A stretch of DNA of 60,084 nucleotides, filler included, from Asterionella formosa (Eukaryota): the NCBI GenBank assembly GCA_002256025.1. It is 14 parts of 14 records of this genome, joined end to end, with 100 filler letters (N's around TTAATTAATTAA, not from the genome) between each part and the next. Parts side by side here need not be neighbours in the genome. Positions count along the whole stretch, not along the records: positions 1 to 4,218 come from NKIB01013647.1; positions 4,319 to 8,531 come from NKIB01013648.1; positions 8,632 to 12,839 come from NKIB01013650.1; 11 more parts are not named here. One strand, given 5' to 3'. Each line of letters opens with the position of its first letter. Position 1 is the first letter of the stretch. The translations under genes and the position numbers were made by a program. The notes under the pieces were generated by a model, which was not told the DNA's origin, ran no database searches, and saw only the letters and a list, made by a program, of their open reading frames with translations. Shown in pieces: positions 1 through 12,203 of this stretch.

Positions 1-618
1 TATTCAGCGTTGTATAAGATCAACTACATATGACCGTTATTAACTCTGTTATTTGACTGACCACCGGCATTCTTTCTGAAGATACATACATACATTGTTG
101 ATATCTGATTTACATATGTTTATACATATTATCTGGGTGAATGTCAAACATCATACAGTGGAGATTGAAACACGTAACCGGGAATACATACGTATGTAGG
201 ACGAAACCGTCGGGACATACTGTAGGTACCGGTATATCTGATCCAGCAGGAATTCACTCTGTAGATACCAGGTCTATATCAAATGCCACTTGATCTGTAC
301 AAACAGTACCAGGTACCGGGGACTACCGGTAACCTACCAGTTCCTCGAATTGAGCGATTTAGTATCGTGCAAAAATAACGGTACGCTACCCGGTGATCAA
401 AAAAACAAAACAAAAATAAATCCAGACGAAACTGTCGTCGGTTCTATTATTGTTTTTCTCTCGTTGGTAACGATTCGGAGTCAAAATTCTCACCAATTAC
501 CCTGGCCTACTATCCTATTCTGTCCTCCATTCCTCAGAGAGTTGTAGCAGGTGCCAGCGGTTCTATACCACTTAGATTTGCTGTTCACTAGACTCGTTGA
601 AAAACCAAACGAAAAACA

Positions 619-1925
619 ATGACGGCAACGCTATTTGGAATGAAGCCAAAGATCGCGTTTGCCTTGGTATCGTTCTCGTTGGGTGAGCTTGGTGATGGTC
701 TGAACATTTTCCAAGGGATTTACTTGGTCGGGATTGGCTGGAACGAAGGGTCAGTTGGCCTTGCCCTATCGTTGATGGGGTTCACTTGTTTGATCATTCA
801 GACCATCGCTGGGGACATAATTGATAAGACCCAGCTGGACCGACGATTATTTCTGGTTATTGCGTCTTTGGTTACCGCGCTTAGCGCATCAGCTATATTG
901 TTGGTAAGAGAAGGAAACACAGATCACATGTTGATCTTCATTTCCAAGATCATCGAGGGTGTGGCTGGGTCCTTCATTGGTCCATGTTTGGCAGCCCTCA
1001 CTTTGGCATCCTTTGGACCCATGCATTTCGATGCAATCATGGCCAACAATATTTTTTGGGCTCATCTGGGGGCAGTTTCTGCTGCAATCCTTGCAGGTTC
1101 GTCTGCCTATCTTCTATATCCAAATATCAAATATTCCTTTCTTGTGATTGGGTTCTCTGCTCTTTTGGCGATTGCCTTTGTGCAGTATTTACCTCAAGGA
1201 GATCCCCAAATGGGACGAGGCTTCAAGGGAAAGGTTGCTATGGACGAGCAGGGGCGCTTGGAAACGATCGATACCATGTCCAGTCCATCCGAATTAGGCG
1301 CATCTCCCAGGCCTGTGATAGTCCAACAAGCAGTTCCCTACTTGGAAGTATTTTCGGATCGCAAGACTTTTATTCTCTGCTTGACAGGTTTCTTCTTTCA
1401 CTTTGCCAACGCAAACGTATTGCTTGTATTGGGTGAACTCATGGGCGGGGATAATGTAGATGGCTCTCCCACAAAAGCTGCCCTACCATTGATTGCCGGT
1501 GCTATTGTTTTGGCCCAATTCACAATGGCGGTGGCAACTATTGGGTGCGACAAGTTGACTAGAAGAAAGTTTGGTCGCAAGCCCATGTTTCTAGTTGGTT
1601 TGGTGACTTTGCCAATTCGGTGTGCTTTGATTATCTATTGGAAGGACGCTGGAGATTGGTGGTTGCTCTCGACTCAGGTTCTTGACGGTTTGGCTGGTGG
1701 AATTTGTGGTTTGCTTCACGCCTTGCTGGTTGCTGACATCACGTTTGGAACCGGCCGCTTCAACGTTGTAATGGGAATGACAGCAAGCTGCTTTGGCTTG
1801 GGGGCGACGCTTAGTAACTTCTTTGGACAGCTAATGGTGGAAAAATTGGGTCATGTCGCTTCGCTGACTGGCAGCTTGGTACTGTCCCTCATCCCGGTTG
1901 TTGTTTTTGGCATCATGATGCCGGA
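619..1925 (+). CDS. Major facilitator superfamily transporter (3' end lost in scaffold gap)
   Basis: ATG at 619; ~435 codons with about 12 hydrophobic segments in two halves; MFS motif-A-like loops (GDIIDKTQLDRR; CDKLTRRKFGRK); runs into the N gap at 1926. Confidence 0.85.
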
Positions 1926-2646
1926 NNNNNNNNNNNNNNNNNNNNNNNNNNNNNNNNNNNNNNNNNNNNNNNNNNNNNNNNNNNNNNNNNNNNNNNNNNN
2001 NNNNNNNNNNNNNNNNNNNNNNNNNNNNNNNNNNNNNNNNNNNNNNNNNNNNNNNNNNNNNNNNNNNNNNNNNNNNNNNNNNNNNNNNNNNNNNNNNNNN
2101 NNNNNNNNNNNNNNNNNNNNNNNNNNNNNNNNNNNNNNNNNNNNNNNNNNNNNNNNNNNNNNNNNNNNNNNNNNNNNNNNNNNNNNNNNNNNNNNNNNNN
2201 NNNNNNNNNNNNNNNNNNNNNNNNNNNNNNNNNNNNNNNNNNNNNNNNNNNNNNNNNNNNNNNNNNNNNNNNNNNNNNNNNNNNNNNNNNNNNNNNNNNN
2301 NNNNNNNNNNNNNNNNNNNNNNNNNNNNNNNNNNNNNNNNNNNNNNNNNNNNNNNNNNNNNNNNNNNNNNNNNNNNNNNNNNNNNNNNNNNNNNNNNNNN
2401 NNNNNNNNNNNNNNNNNNNNNNNNNNNNNNNNNNNNNNNNNNNNNNNNNNNNNNNNNNNNNNNNNNNNNNNNNNNNNNNNNNNNNNNNNNNNNNNNNNNN
2501 NNNNNNNNNNNNNNNNNNNNNNNNNNNNNNNNNNNNNNNNNNNNNNNNNNNNNNNNNNNNNNNNNNNNNNNNNNNNNNNNNNNNNNNNNNNNNNNNNNNN
2601 NNNNNNNNNNNNNNNNNNNNNNNNNNNNNNNNNNNNNNNNNNNNNN

Positions 2647-3434
2647 ATCAACGGGAAGCTCTGTTGTTGTCAGAATCTTAAGTAAATAGCCGTAATCATA
2701 CCCAGAATGGAAAGTGACCCATTTCACTCTATCGTCTAGCACTAGTCCTGAAACCATTAAAAGCTCTCCAAACAAGCGAGGATCGATTCCTCTAGTAGCA
2801 TGGTCTGCAAACGATATACCGGAGTTGCCTAGCAAATCTATGGAGTCCTGAGCAAACATATCATCGTCAAGGCTAAATCGAAAATTGAACTGCCAGCATG
2901 GGCATCCAGAGGCAAAAACTCCATTTTCATCAGCGAAGCTAAGCCCGAGTTGAATAATTTTCAAAAGATCAACATTGACCTTCAGGGATTTGTAATGAAA
3001 GTCAGGTGAAAACGTTTCTGATACAGGTCGTGCCACAATTCCGGGAAATTCCGTGTCCATTGCTACAAACGGATATTTTTCAATCAACTCTCGAATGCAC
3101 GCCATCTCCTCCTCGACATTTTCAGCCCAAACATTCCGGATTTCCAAGGTTTCGCTAAACAATACGAAATCGATGTGAGTACCGGTGGGTAAGGGTGTAA
3201 GTACCAGGGTTGCGTAGACCCCAACGTGGCAATGAATACTTACCCATTTGCATCCTTGAATTCGTGTTTCATCTGTGCATTTGAATTGGAATTGGAAACC
3301 TTTGCAGGGAAAGGACTGCTAGAACGAGAACCAAAAGGAGAACTGTTTCGAGATCTAGAGGGCACAGGAGATTGATTTCTGGAATGCATCCCGCGGGGGT
3401 TGAAGGGTGGAGATTCCGTCGAAAGCTTCATCAT
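2647..3434 (-). CDS. CAF1: CAF1/POP2 (CNOT7/8) DEDD deadenylase, 2 exons, 3' end lost in gap
   Basis: EIRNVWAENVEEEM, AMDTEFPG, NVDLLKIIQLGL, WQFNF, WVTFHSGYDYGY motifs. Exon 3434-3244 joins exon 3154-<2647 in frame across a GTAAG...TTTAG intron (3243-3155, 89 nt). Confidence 0.93.
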
Positions 3435-4218
3435 TTGCTCTGATCACAAACAATAAAACCTACGAACGATGCTGGCTTTACTTGTCTTCTTCGCTCTTGC
3501 GATACACACTAGCAGGAGCTTGCAGATCAAAGGCAGTAACACTAGGTGATTGATTTCGAAAAATGGATTCCCCTGGCTTCGCTGCTTCTCTCTACTGATG
3601 AAAGAAGTACATAGTAAATAATAGCCATCTACTCGAGTACATAATATGTAATCCTCTCTGCCGACCTGATTGAAAACAACGTACTCTACCGTACACCGGT
3701 ACACAGCTAAATTACCGGTAATCCATTTATTACTGGAGATGTGGTACCTGTACCAGGTACCAGGTACTGAGAGCTGAGCTGAGCCGGAGCAGTTGTCGTG
3801 TCCATATCACAGGCGGATTGGAAAAATGGGGAGAATGTAGGAGATCCTCCTATTCTTACATTTTGGGGGAGAAATTCTCCCCTTTTTTCCGCGTTGACTT
3901 TCATTCCCCTCTAGCTTTTAACACGTATTTTTTCTGCGGCCCCGTCAGAAGCAACTTTTTGGGGAGACTTTTCTCCCCAAAAACATGTGGAAGCAGCGTT
4001 CAATTTTGTGCCATCGTTGGATTCACGTTGACAGTACATGCATGATAGCTACTGCTAATTGCTATATCGGCACTTGGTAGTACTATGGTTCCGACTCAGC
4101 CAAATATGAACATCAATTACAAACAACAACAATCAACAATATACCTATGGAAGCGACCCACTGCCACATCAAAACATCATGTCAGACAATGAAGGAATAG
4201 TTTGTGCATCTCAAGAGA

Positions 4219-4318
4219 NNNNNNNNNNNNNNNNNNNNNNNNNNNNNNNNNNNNNNNNNNNNTTAATTAATTAANNNNNNNNNNNNNNNNNNNNNNNNNN
4301 NNNNNNNNNNNNNNNNNN
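4219..4318. other. Artificial contig linker N44-TTAATTAATTAA-N44 (stops in all six frames)
   Basis: Same 100-bp linker starts at 4219, 8532, 12840, 17140, 21447, 25747, 30042, 34337, 38631, 42925, 47216, 51506 and 55800. The pieces between are all ~4.2 kb, roughly decreasing in size. Confidence 0.98.
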
Positions 4319-4776
4319 GCTAGTCCCTGACTAATGACACGGGCAACATCAAAGGGACTTGTTTTCCACGCCTGGAACTTGCTTCCTTCTTTGTCCGTGT
4401 CTAGGACCTTGCCATCTGGCATGGTCACTGTAATGTCCACCAAGGCCTTGTCCTTGAGCTCCGCCTCACGCCTAGCCTTGATCTCGTCATAGACTGTCCC
4501 ACGTGCCTTGAGCCACTCTGGGTTGGCTGTGCGGGAGATAAAGGAGTCACCGCCGAGCTGAATACCCCCTTCCATTTTGGGACCAGTCGCTGCTTTCGCC
4601 CGACGTCCCTGAAGGCCTTCTTTGTTGGTGGTGGTGGCGGCAGGAGTGTCGGAGTCAGTCTCGACGGTCCAGTCCGGCTGCGTGACACCAGGTGCATCCA
4701 GGACGGCAAACTTGCCAGTCTTGTTGAGACTGAGTCCACCATCCTGGTCAGGCGACTTCTTTTCCTTCTTCGCCAT
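4319..4776 (-). CDS. TARS: Threonyl-tRNA synthetase, N-terminal extension and start of TGS domain (truncated at contig end)
   Basis: ATG at 4776 (MAKKEKK...). ITVTMPDGKV...AWKTSPFDVARVISQGL matches the eukaryotic cytosolic ThrRS TGS domain. Confidence 0.8.
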
Positions 4777-6287
4777 AATGATTGCTGTGTTTGGTTGCTG
4801 GAACTGATGAGTTGCTGTAGCTCTCACTTATTTCTAAACTGAAAGGGAGATCTGGCTTTCGATCGTTGCCTTCGTTTCGTTTGCTATCAAAGGAACGAGC
4901 GATAGTGATCAATGACAAGGGCTATTGATTTGTACGTCAGGAAGCAACGTCAAGGTTAATCAGTGAATACTATAGTGACAATGTCGAGGTGCAATCAACA
5001 ACAGCCGACCGAGTCTTTGACTACTGATTTTATTACGTAAATAGTATGATGCACAGGCTGTAACAAAGCAAAGCACGCACAGCCAGGGACATTGATGATC
5101 ACATACTACCAGGTACCGTACATACCTTTCTTCATCCTGGCTGTGGACGGCCTTGCTGAGGATCATACATTTGTTTGTTGGGGTTCCTTCTTACCTGCAG
5201 CCATCACTCCTGTCCTATGTACAACCACTGTAAGAATCCTACGTTTTACAGACTGGACAGAGTACCCGACACGACAGCCAACCAACATGCTGAACCTTCA
5301 CCAGCGGTCAACTACCGCCACAAAAACATCTATGTACCGCTACATACTAAATCATAGTAAGTACAGCACGTAGCTAGGTACCGGTATTTCAATCCGAACG
5401 ATTACCGTGTATGATACCGCACTGCCATTTCAATGCATTTGCCATGAGCGATGGTAAACGTTTGTCCACATGTGCGTTGTCGTTAGTATCACATGTGCGT
5501 TGTCGTTAGTATCAACAATACCAGCCAATAGAGCTCTCGAAGGCAACGGTTCACTTTCACGTCGGAGGAATTTTGGGTGCGAAAACCGGATCTCGCTCTG
5601 TACTAGATAATAACAAATTCCAAGTCAGGCACATCGGTCGTGTATTATATGTGTAGCTATACATAATACGTTGCGTGATTTGCAAATCTGCGAATGTACT
5701 AGGAGTGCTGCACGTGTACATAGCACCCATCAGGGCCGTTGGTAGACGAATCTACTACCGGTAGCCAGGTCGCACAAACGCACAAGATTCGTCCTTGCTT
5801 ATTTGTAAAAATGAATCGAAGAAAAGACATTAGCCATACTATGTATCACATGAAAGGCCGACCATTGATTTTCAAGGCGCTCAATCGAGAATGCATGATA
5901 GCGTTGTCCCTGGCTGGGTATTTACTATATGTCATCTCATGACTACCCATTATCATGGCGAAGACGTGAGGAGCAAATCGATTCGTTACTTACGATCCCA
6001 AAGTCTACATAGTAAGAGAACGGAGTAAAGTATTCCGTTGTGTTCACTGTAAATTGTAAATGAAGTACCAATAGTCTCTCCCTGTATTGTTGAAGCAGTT
6101 CCAGTAGCCTAGGTATTCCCCAGTCACCCACTACATTCCTAAATCATAATCCGCGAAATAACTTTAGCGAAGTAGTGAGACATTGGAGGAAGTAATACTT
6201 CTACCACGGTAGTGTCAAAATTGTCCTTTAAAATGTTACTTCTATCATCAATGAATGCTGAAATGTTCAGGCAGAAGACGTAACTGC

Positions 6288-7277
6288 CTAATCCATTCGT
6301 TCCATAAAAATGGCCAAATGCCGGGCCAATAATTTTCCGGTCTTTTCATCGTCCACTTGTAGCGACTTGCGAAATTCCAATACCCCCAACGCAGCACTTC
6401 CATCACGTGCCATGACGGGGACGTACATTCTAGCGTGGTCCACAATCATTTCTCGACGCTGTGCACACTGCGTAGCCAATTCGTCCTTGTCTGTCAATTG
6501 ACAAATTTGAGGGCCATCCTTGCTACTTTCCTGACACGCTTTCGAAACATCAAAGTTGGTGCTTCTTGACGTGAGATACAAGGTACACCCTTGATCGTAA
6601 GAGCCTTCCTCCGTCGCCAGCATACAGGACACAACATCCTTCAGCTCCGCTGCTCTCTTTTGCCGATCGCGCGCCTCCAGATCGACGAAGAATAAGGACG
6701 ACGCTCCGAGGAAACAGCCTAGAATAATTCCCACAACAGACCCTGCCATGGAAATGTTACGGCAGAGAGGCAGTGCCCGCTGGGCCTGCGTCAATTGCGC
6801 TGGTTTGACGAGTCTGAGTCGCTCCGAAATGCGTTCCACAGTGCCTCCAAACAGTACCCCCGAGACATCACTAAAGACTTGACCCATAGCCGCCGCCGTC
6901 AGCGTGGCCAGTCCCATGGTGACGCCCAGTGTGGCATCAATATACCCGCCTGCTTGAATCATGATGAAATTGTCCATGAATCCAAAGCCCACCATGGGAA
7001 CGGCCGCAGAGATGAAAAGGGATTTGAGCTGCTCTCGCGACGGCGGGTTAAGCGAGGAGCTCATGAGCATGTCGGTGGGTGAAATGGCCGATCCAGACTT
7101 GGACGATGAGTGTATTCGTCTAGATGCATGTTTGGAATTCGGCGTGCAGTTAACGTGACGACTGGCTGCGGTGGCGCTATTTTTGAGCGAGCGCTGGTGG
7201 TGGAATGGCGTTGCTGGCAACGCACGCTTCATAACCAAGCGCTTCAGAGAAGGAGCGGCAGCGACTCGAGAAAGCAT
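6288..7277 (-). CDS. TMEM65: TMEM65-family mitochondrial inner-membrane protein with C-terminal GAF-like extension
   Basis: Arg/Ser-rich presequence-like N-terminus; AVPMVGFGFMDNFIMIQAG...TLTAAAMGQVFSDVSG is the TMEM65 signature; intronless. Confidence 0.85.
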   Translation of the reverse strand: MLSRVAAAPSLKRLVMKRALPATPFHHQRSLKNSATAASRHVNCTPNSKHASRRIHSSSKSGSAISPTDMLMSSSLNPPSREQLKSLFISAAVPMVGFGFMDNFIMIQAGGYIDATLGVTMGLATLTAAAMGQVFSDVSGVLFGGTVERISERLRLVKPAQLTQAQRALPLCRNISMAGSVVGIILGCFLGASSLFFVDLEARDRQKRAAELKDVVSCMLATEEGSYDQGCTLYLTSRSTNFDVSKACQESSKDGPQICQLTDKDELATQCAQRREMIVDHARMYVPVMARDGSAALGVLEFRKSLQVDDEKTGKLLARHLAIFMERMD

Positions 7278-7749
7278 CTTGCGCAGAGTTCAAATTGTTT
7301 TATTTGAATATGTGGAAAAGCCAAGGCAAGGGAAATTGCAGCGAGACAACGACAGATTCGTCTCGCAGGCTCTTAGTCACTCTTGCTTGTATGTAGTTTC
7401 AATTTTTTTGTGGGGCGAGGGTTTTTAGCTGAAAAAGTCACAAACTCTGAGTTCGGGCAGGAATTTTGAATGAAGCACGTTGCCAGAGGCTAACAAAAGG
7501 CCTCCACCAGCACGTGGTTATATACTGTAGGCGAATGATTGTGCAGGATTCGACGGCCCTTCCAGTCATGAACCCCTTGGTTGTACAGTCAATAGGAGTG
7601 GTTCTTACCAGCATTGCGGTAGGCATCTTGTAAAGTTCACTGCCACCAGGTACCAGTCCCGGGAACACCCGAGAAACGGCCGGAGCACCAGAACTTTTGT
7701 ATGCGAACCCCAACGTATGTCAACCAATTTGATTTGCTGGTACCGGTAC

Positions 7750-8181
7750 CTGGTACCAGTAGGTCTATGGTGGTGCAATGTGGTGCAGCGACAATATGAC
7801 GTCAGCAAGGAGTGCCTTACCGGTAGTTAAAAATTCATTACCGGTAGTAACCTATATACCGGTATATGATACAAAATGCTAGCAATACTTACTAGTACCG
7901 GTATGTCCTATTACTTTTATGAACCGGGTAGCCTTTTGCCGTTGGCTGCTACAAAATACATATCTTATATGAATCTGATCGTGATCCTATGTAGAAAATA
8001 TCACTACGGTAGTGCAGGCCGTAGCACGGATTTGATATATGGATAGTCTGATGGTGCAATTTTGGTTTCTCTAAGTAACAGTGGTGCAATCGGTGGTGCA
8101 ATTGTGGTGCAAATGCCAATGGGCAGTTGAATTTACGAATAGTTTTCTCTTTTTCAACCCTGTTTGGGAAAAGTCCCGGTA
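7750..8181. repeat. Dispersed ~430-bp repeat, copy 1 (inverted copy at 43146-43566)
   Basis: Near-identical reverse-complement match, e.g. tttttcaaccctgtttgggaaaagtcccggta vs taccgggacttttcccaaacagggttgaaaaa. Confidence 0.9.
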
Positions 8182-9414
8182 CACCCCACCACCAGTGGTA
8201 CCGTACCACCTTTCAGTCGTCGCCGTCGCTGTCGTCGTCGCTTGTTTTATACATAAAAGGTTCAAATCCATTTCATTCGCCGCTATCTTTGCATCATCAC
8301 TTGTTGCTTGGAATTCTGTACGTACGTATTTCGTTACTCTTTTATTACGCACGCACAGCATGCCGAATAAGCGTTTGTGGTACCAGGGGTACCAGGTACC
8401 AGTATGCACACACATCATCAGTATTTATGATTTGACCGAAAACCACAAACAATAATTTCCCCCATAGACATGTGGAGCAACACTCCTAAATTTTTTTGTG
8501 AAGAAGAATACCACACCATTAATGTATTCAANNNNNNNNNNNNNNNNNNNNNNNNNNNNNNNNNNNNNNNNNNNNTTAATTAATTAANNNNNNNNNNNNN
8601 NNNNNNNNNNNNNNNNNNNNNNNNNNNNNNNGAGCGTTAAAGCTGCAGCCTGTTTTGTAGTGCTACTCTGCTCCTAGATATTGTGCGTTGTGTATTCGAT
8701 CGTTGCTGTTGCATACACTGTAGTAACATGTATTGCTCGTCGTTGAACACAAAAGTATCTGATTTTTTTCTGGCTGTTGTTGCTTTTTCGCGGCATGTTT
8801 GATGTTCTTGTGACTGATGATGGACTTTCAGAGCTGAATATCACTAATAATGGACCATATCTTTTAAAATTTTATCGAACATGAATTATGTTACTTTGCG
8901 TTGTACAAATGTATTTAGCAAACAGAATTTGATCTAGTTATTTTACTTATCTAGAGATCGTCAAAACTCTTATGATTCATGGTAAGTAAAGGATAAAATG
9001 GAAAATAGTTATCATTCCTTTAGCGCATTAAAAATAGACTATTTCTAGAATCGTCTGCATTGCAATCCATGGCCCCTGTAAAGTGGGGCAATTGATGCGT
9101 TGCTGGGTGGTGGTCATTTCTTCAAAGGAAGTCTGGGTTAAACAATGTGTGGTTTTATTTGTGTGGTTTTATTTATGTTGTCCCAATTCCTGTTGCTAAC
9201 CACTTCATGTATCCCTTGATCAATGATTGACCTGTGTTTGCTTGGATCTACGAAGAAACCTTGACCAAATAGTGTCATGTCAATTCATCTTGCTTAGCTT
9301 CTTATTCAAGCTTGTATTGTGCATGTCCACTAATGGTACAGGGGGATGTGAGCATCCATGGTACTAATTTTCTTTTTGTTCACATAGGAGTACTAGTACC
9401 CTTTTTTAGTCGTC

Positions 9415-9635
9415 ATAAAAGTCAATTAAATTTTATAGTACATTAAAGCTATCAATAATCACGCTTGTGCCCACTTGAATGGAAACAATTAGTATCAGTT
9501 TTACTCATCTGTATGGTACAACGGAACCTGTCTCTTTGTCAGCCTCACACACCAGAACCCAGGGACAACATAAAAGGACGACAGATGGAGAATGCAGGAA
9601 CCCGCCACCTCATGAGGTAAGCTAGACCATTCCCC
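9415..9635 (-). mobile_element. tRNA-Ala-derived SINE, degenerate copy
   Basis: Colinear with 34064-34310 (gtcaattaaatttt...aaagctatc...acaattagta...ggtacaac...tggagaatgcagga...ttcccc). Confidence 0.75.
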
Positions 9636-10038
9636 TTTGTATTACTCATCGTAGTCTGGTTGCACATCTAAGCCTCATTTTTTCCGAAGAAGTTCATTCA
9701 ACTAATCATCAGAAGTTCGTTCAACTATTTATCTGAAGGTCATTCAAGAATTAATCTGAAGGTTGTTCAACTGTTTATCTTGAGGTTGTTCAACTAAATC
9801 TAAGACGCTGTTAATGGCACTTTTTTGAATTTATGTTGTGTACAGTGACGCATTTTTTACTTTTCTAAAATATTATGGCACTTTTTTTCAGGAATATATT
9901 TGGGTCAAACCATAATCTATATGTTCTATATAGAAATAGCAGTAAAATTATCATTATATACAGAAAAATCATGGGCTGTGCCACTAAGTTTACCATACCC
10001 TTGATCTATATAAATGATTCTTTTAATTTGCAGAAGTA

Positions 10039-10285
10039 GCTGCCCTGTTGTGGTTGATTTGATGTCCTGGTGTCCAGCGAGGCACCCCGCCCCTCCACCT
10101 GGGCGAGGTAGTGTGAGACTTTCACTCACTAAAAACCTGTGGGCAGCCCCAGTCTTGACCAGTACGCGGTCTGCCCTACCCATCGGGGCGTTGGACTGTG
10201 GAGGTGTGTGGGACCCCATCAAATGCCTCACTTGCATGAGGCCCCCAACGGGACCTGATTATGTTAGCACGAAGTCTAACAACGC
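10039..10285 (+). ncRNA. Candidate structured RNA (GC-rich multibranch fold)
   Basis: Closing stem GCTGCCC/GGGCAGC (10039-45/10141-47) encloses hairpins GGTGTC/GGCACC, CGCCC/GGGCG and GTGAG/CTCAC. Further stems downstream: CAGTC/GACTG, GACC/GGTC, TGTTAG/CTAACA. Confidence 0.4.
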
Positions 10286-11597
10286 TCACCAGGAGCCTGG
10301 CAAGGGTGGTAGCTAGCACTTAATAGTTGTATTGTCGGTATCTCAATTTCTCCGCCCGGACTCCTTCGATTTGATTCACATGGATATTTGGCATGACCAC
10401 ATCACGTCCGTCCTTATCCATTATATAAATGCATTAAGCTAATTCGGTACCTGCAAGTTGCGGTAATTTTGCTTCGTTGTGTTATTCATACCGGTTTGCT
10501 TTATCTAGCATATCATACTGGTTGTATTTCATAAACTATTGGCAAGTTGCCTTGAAAATATTTTCCTATAAGCGCATGACCAAGTAGACCGAGTTTCACA
10601 TAAGCGAATTGACGATCACCATGATGCTTACATGTTGCGTTTTTCGTCTTGTTGTTGGTCTCAGCCCCTAATACTAAGGTTTGCTGATGATATTGTTAAG
10701 AAATGTTTCTGAGCAATTTATATATATTGTATGTTCATTTTGTGATAAAATTGTAAATAGCAGATGAATTTTATCATAAAATCACTGGCCCTAATTCAAA
10801 CTAGAAGATGTTGCAATAATTACAATGCTTATTTCATGCATTAGAATCGTTTCTGACAAATAACAGAAACCAGTGGTATGCTGAGTGTGATCCTATTACC
10901 ATTTTAAGTATGATCATTTGATCATACAAATTATAGCAAAAGTATCAGATACTGAAAAACCCTGTGCCACTTAGTGTGTGATACACTGATCCTACAAATA
11001 TGATATCAAATAACTTCATTTTTATGGCGCCTTAAATGTAAAATACAGGGATAGAATCATAGAATGCATAACGCCACTTTGCGATAAATTTAGTAGAGAT
11101 CCCCAACAAATGTGAATGGTGACACCTACCTTGATGTAGCGGAGGAGAGGTGATGGAGGATACCTAATCTTGTGAGAAAGGCGGGAAAATTCCTGAAAAA
11201 GTACCAAGCATGCCAACTGGTAGTTTACTGCATAGCTAGCTTTTAATGGTGGATAGCATCAGACTTGTGAGGAGCAAGGATTGCAGCAATGGAGCTTTGC
11301 TTCGCCTTGCTCCATTGTGGCATTGTGGATATGGTAGACAACCAAGGGTCTGGAAGAGGCTTCCCTAGAAATTCCCTTGTGACTCTCATCCCAAAAGCAA
11401 TATTATATTTTTTGCCTTGGGTGCATTTCAACACTGCCTACTATGTTGGGGAAATAATTGTCATTCGAAAAGTCGAAAAATTATTGATAAGCTCAAGTGA
11501 AAAACAGTCAGGTGTGATGGAAAGTGATGAACTACTGGTACATAATTCATGAGTGGTTGGACTAATAGCTACGTGGGCTTCCTATTCCTGGAACCTG

Positions 11598-12203
11598 TGT
11601 CAGAATGTGTCTGTTAGGCTGTTGATGTCGACAGGTGTCCGAAGACTAGGTAGTCTGAGGAATGTCTAAACGGAAATAAACAGGATTTATATAGCAGAAG
11701 AATCTGCAGACGAGCGGCGTGAGAAAGATCTTGACCGGTCATTCCAGGGCAGTACTGGAGCGCGCTAGAGTAGCGCCATATATTTCAACATGGTAGCGGG
11801 CTCGTTAGTACAAGTGGTACGAGGAAGAACGTGAAAACCAGAGGTCGACAGTTCGAGTCCATCAGCAAGAACAGATAGAAAAAGAGAGAAGAGAAAAAGA
11901 AAAACAGAGACGTAGAAAACGAGAAGGCACTATGAGAATTCCTGTAGGAAAGGATGTGTCGAGCATACACATTAGGATGATGTGGTATGTCGAGCATCAA
12001 CAGGGGAGGGTGTCAGAATGTGTCTGTTAGGCTGTTGATGTCGACAGGTGTCCGAAGACTAGGTAGTCTGAGGAATGTCTAAACGGAAATAGACAGGATT
12101 TATATAGCAGAAGAATCTGCAGACGAGCGGCGTGAGAAAGATCTTGACCGGTCATTCCAGGGCAGGACTGGAGCGCGCTAGAGTAGCGCCATATATTTCA
12201 ACA
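11598..12203 (+). mobile_element. TRIM (terminal-repeat retrotransposon in miniature), complete, 606 bp
   Basis: Two 193-bp LTRs (11598-11790, 12011-12203), TG...CA, 2 mismatches. PBS TGGTAGCG directly after the 5' LTR; PPT AGGGGAGGG before the 3' LTR; 220-bp non-coding interior; TSD AACCTG (11592-97, 12204-09). Confidence 0.95.

Noticed and set aside
1831..3162. Long ORFs of 688, 443 and 266 aa and apparent MFS/CAF1 overlap
   Set aside because: They read through a 721-N scaffold gap; the true 3' ends are unsequenced.
5468..5513. Short perfect tandem duplication (cacatgtgcgttgtcgttagtat)
   Set aside because: Ordinary local duplication with no further structure.
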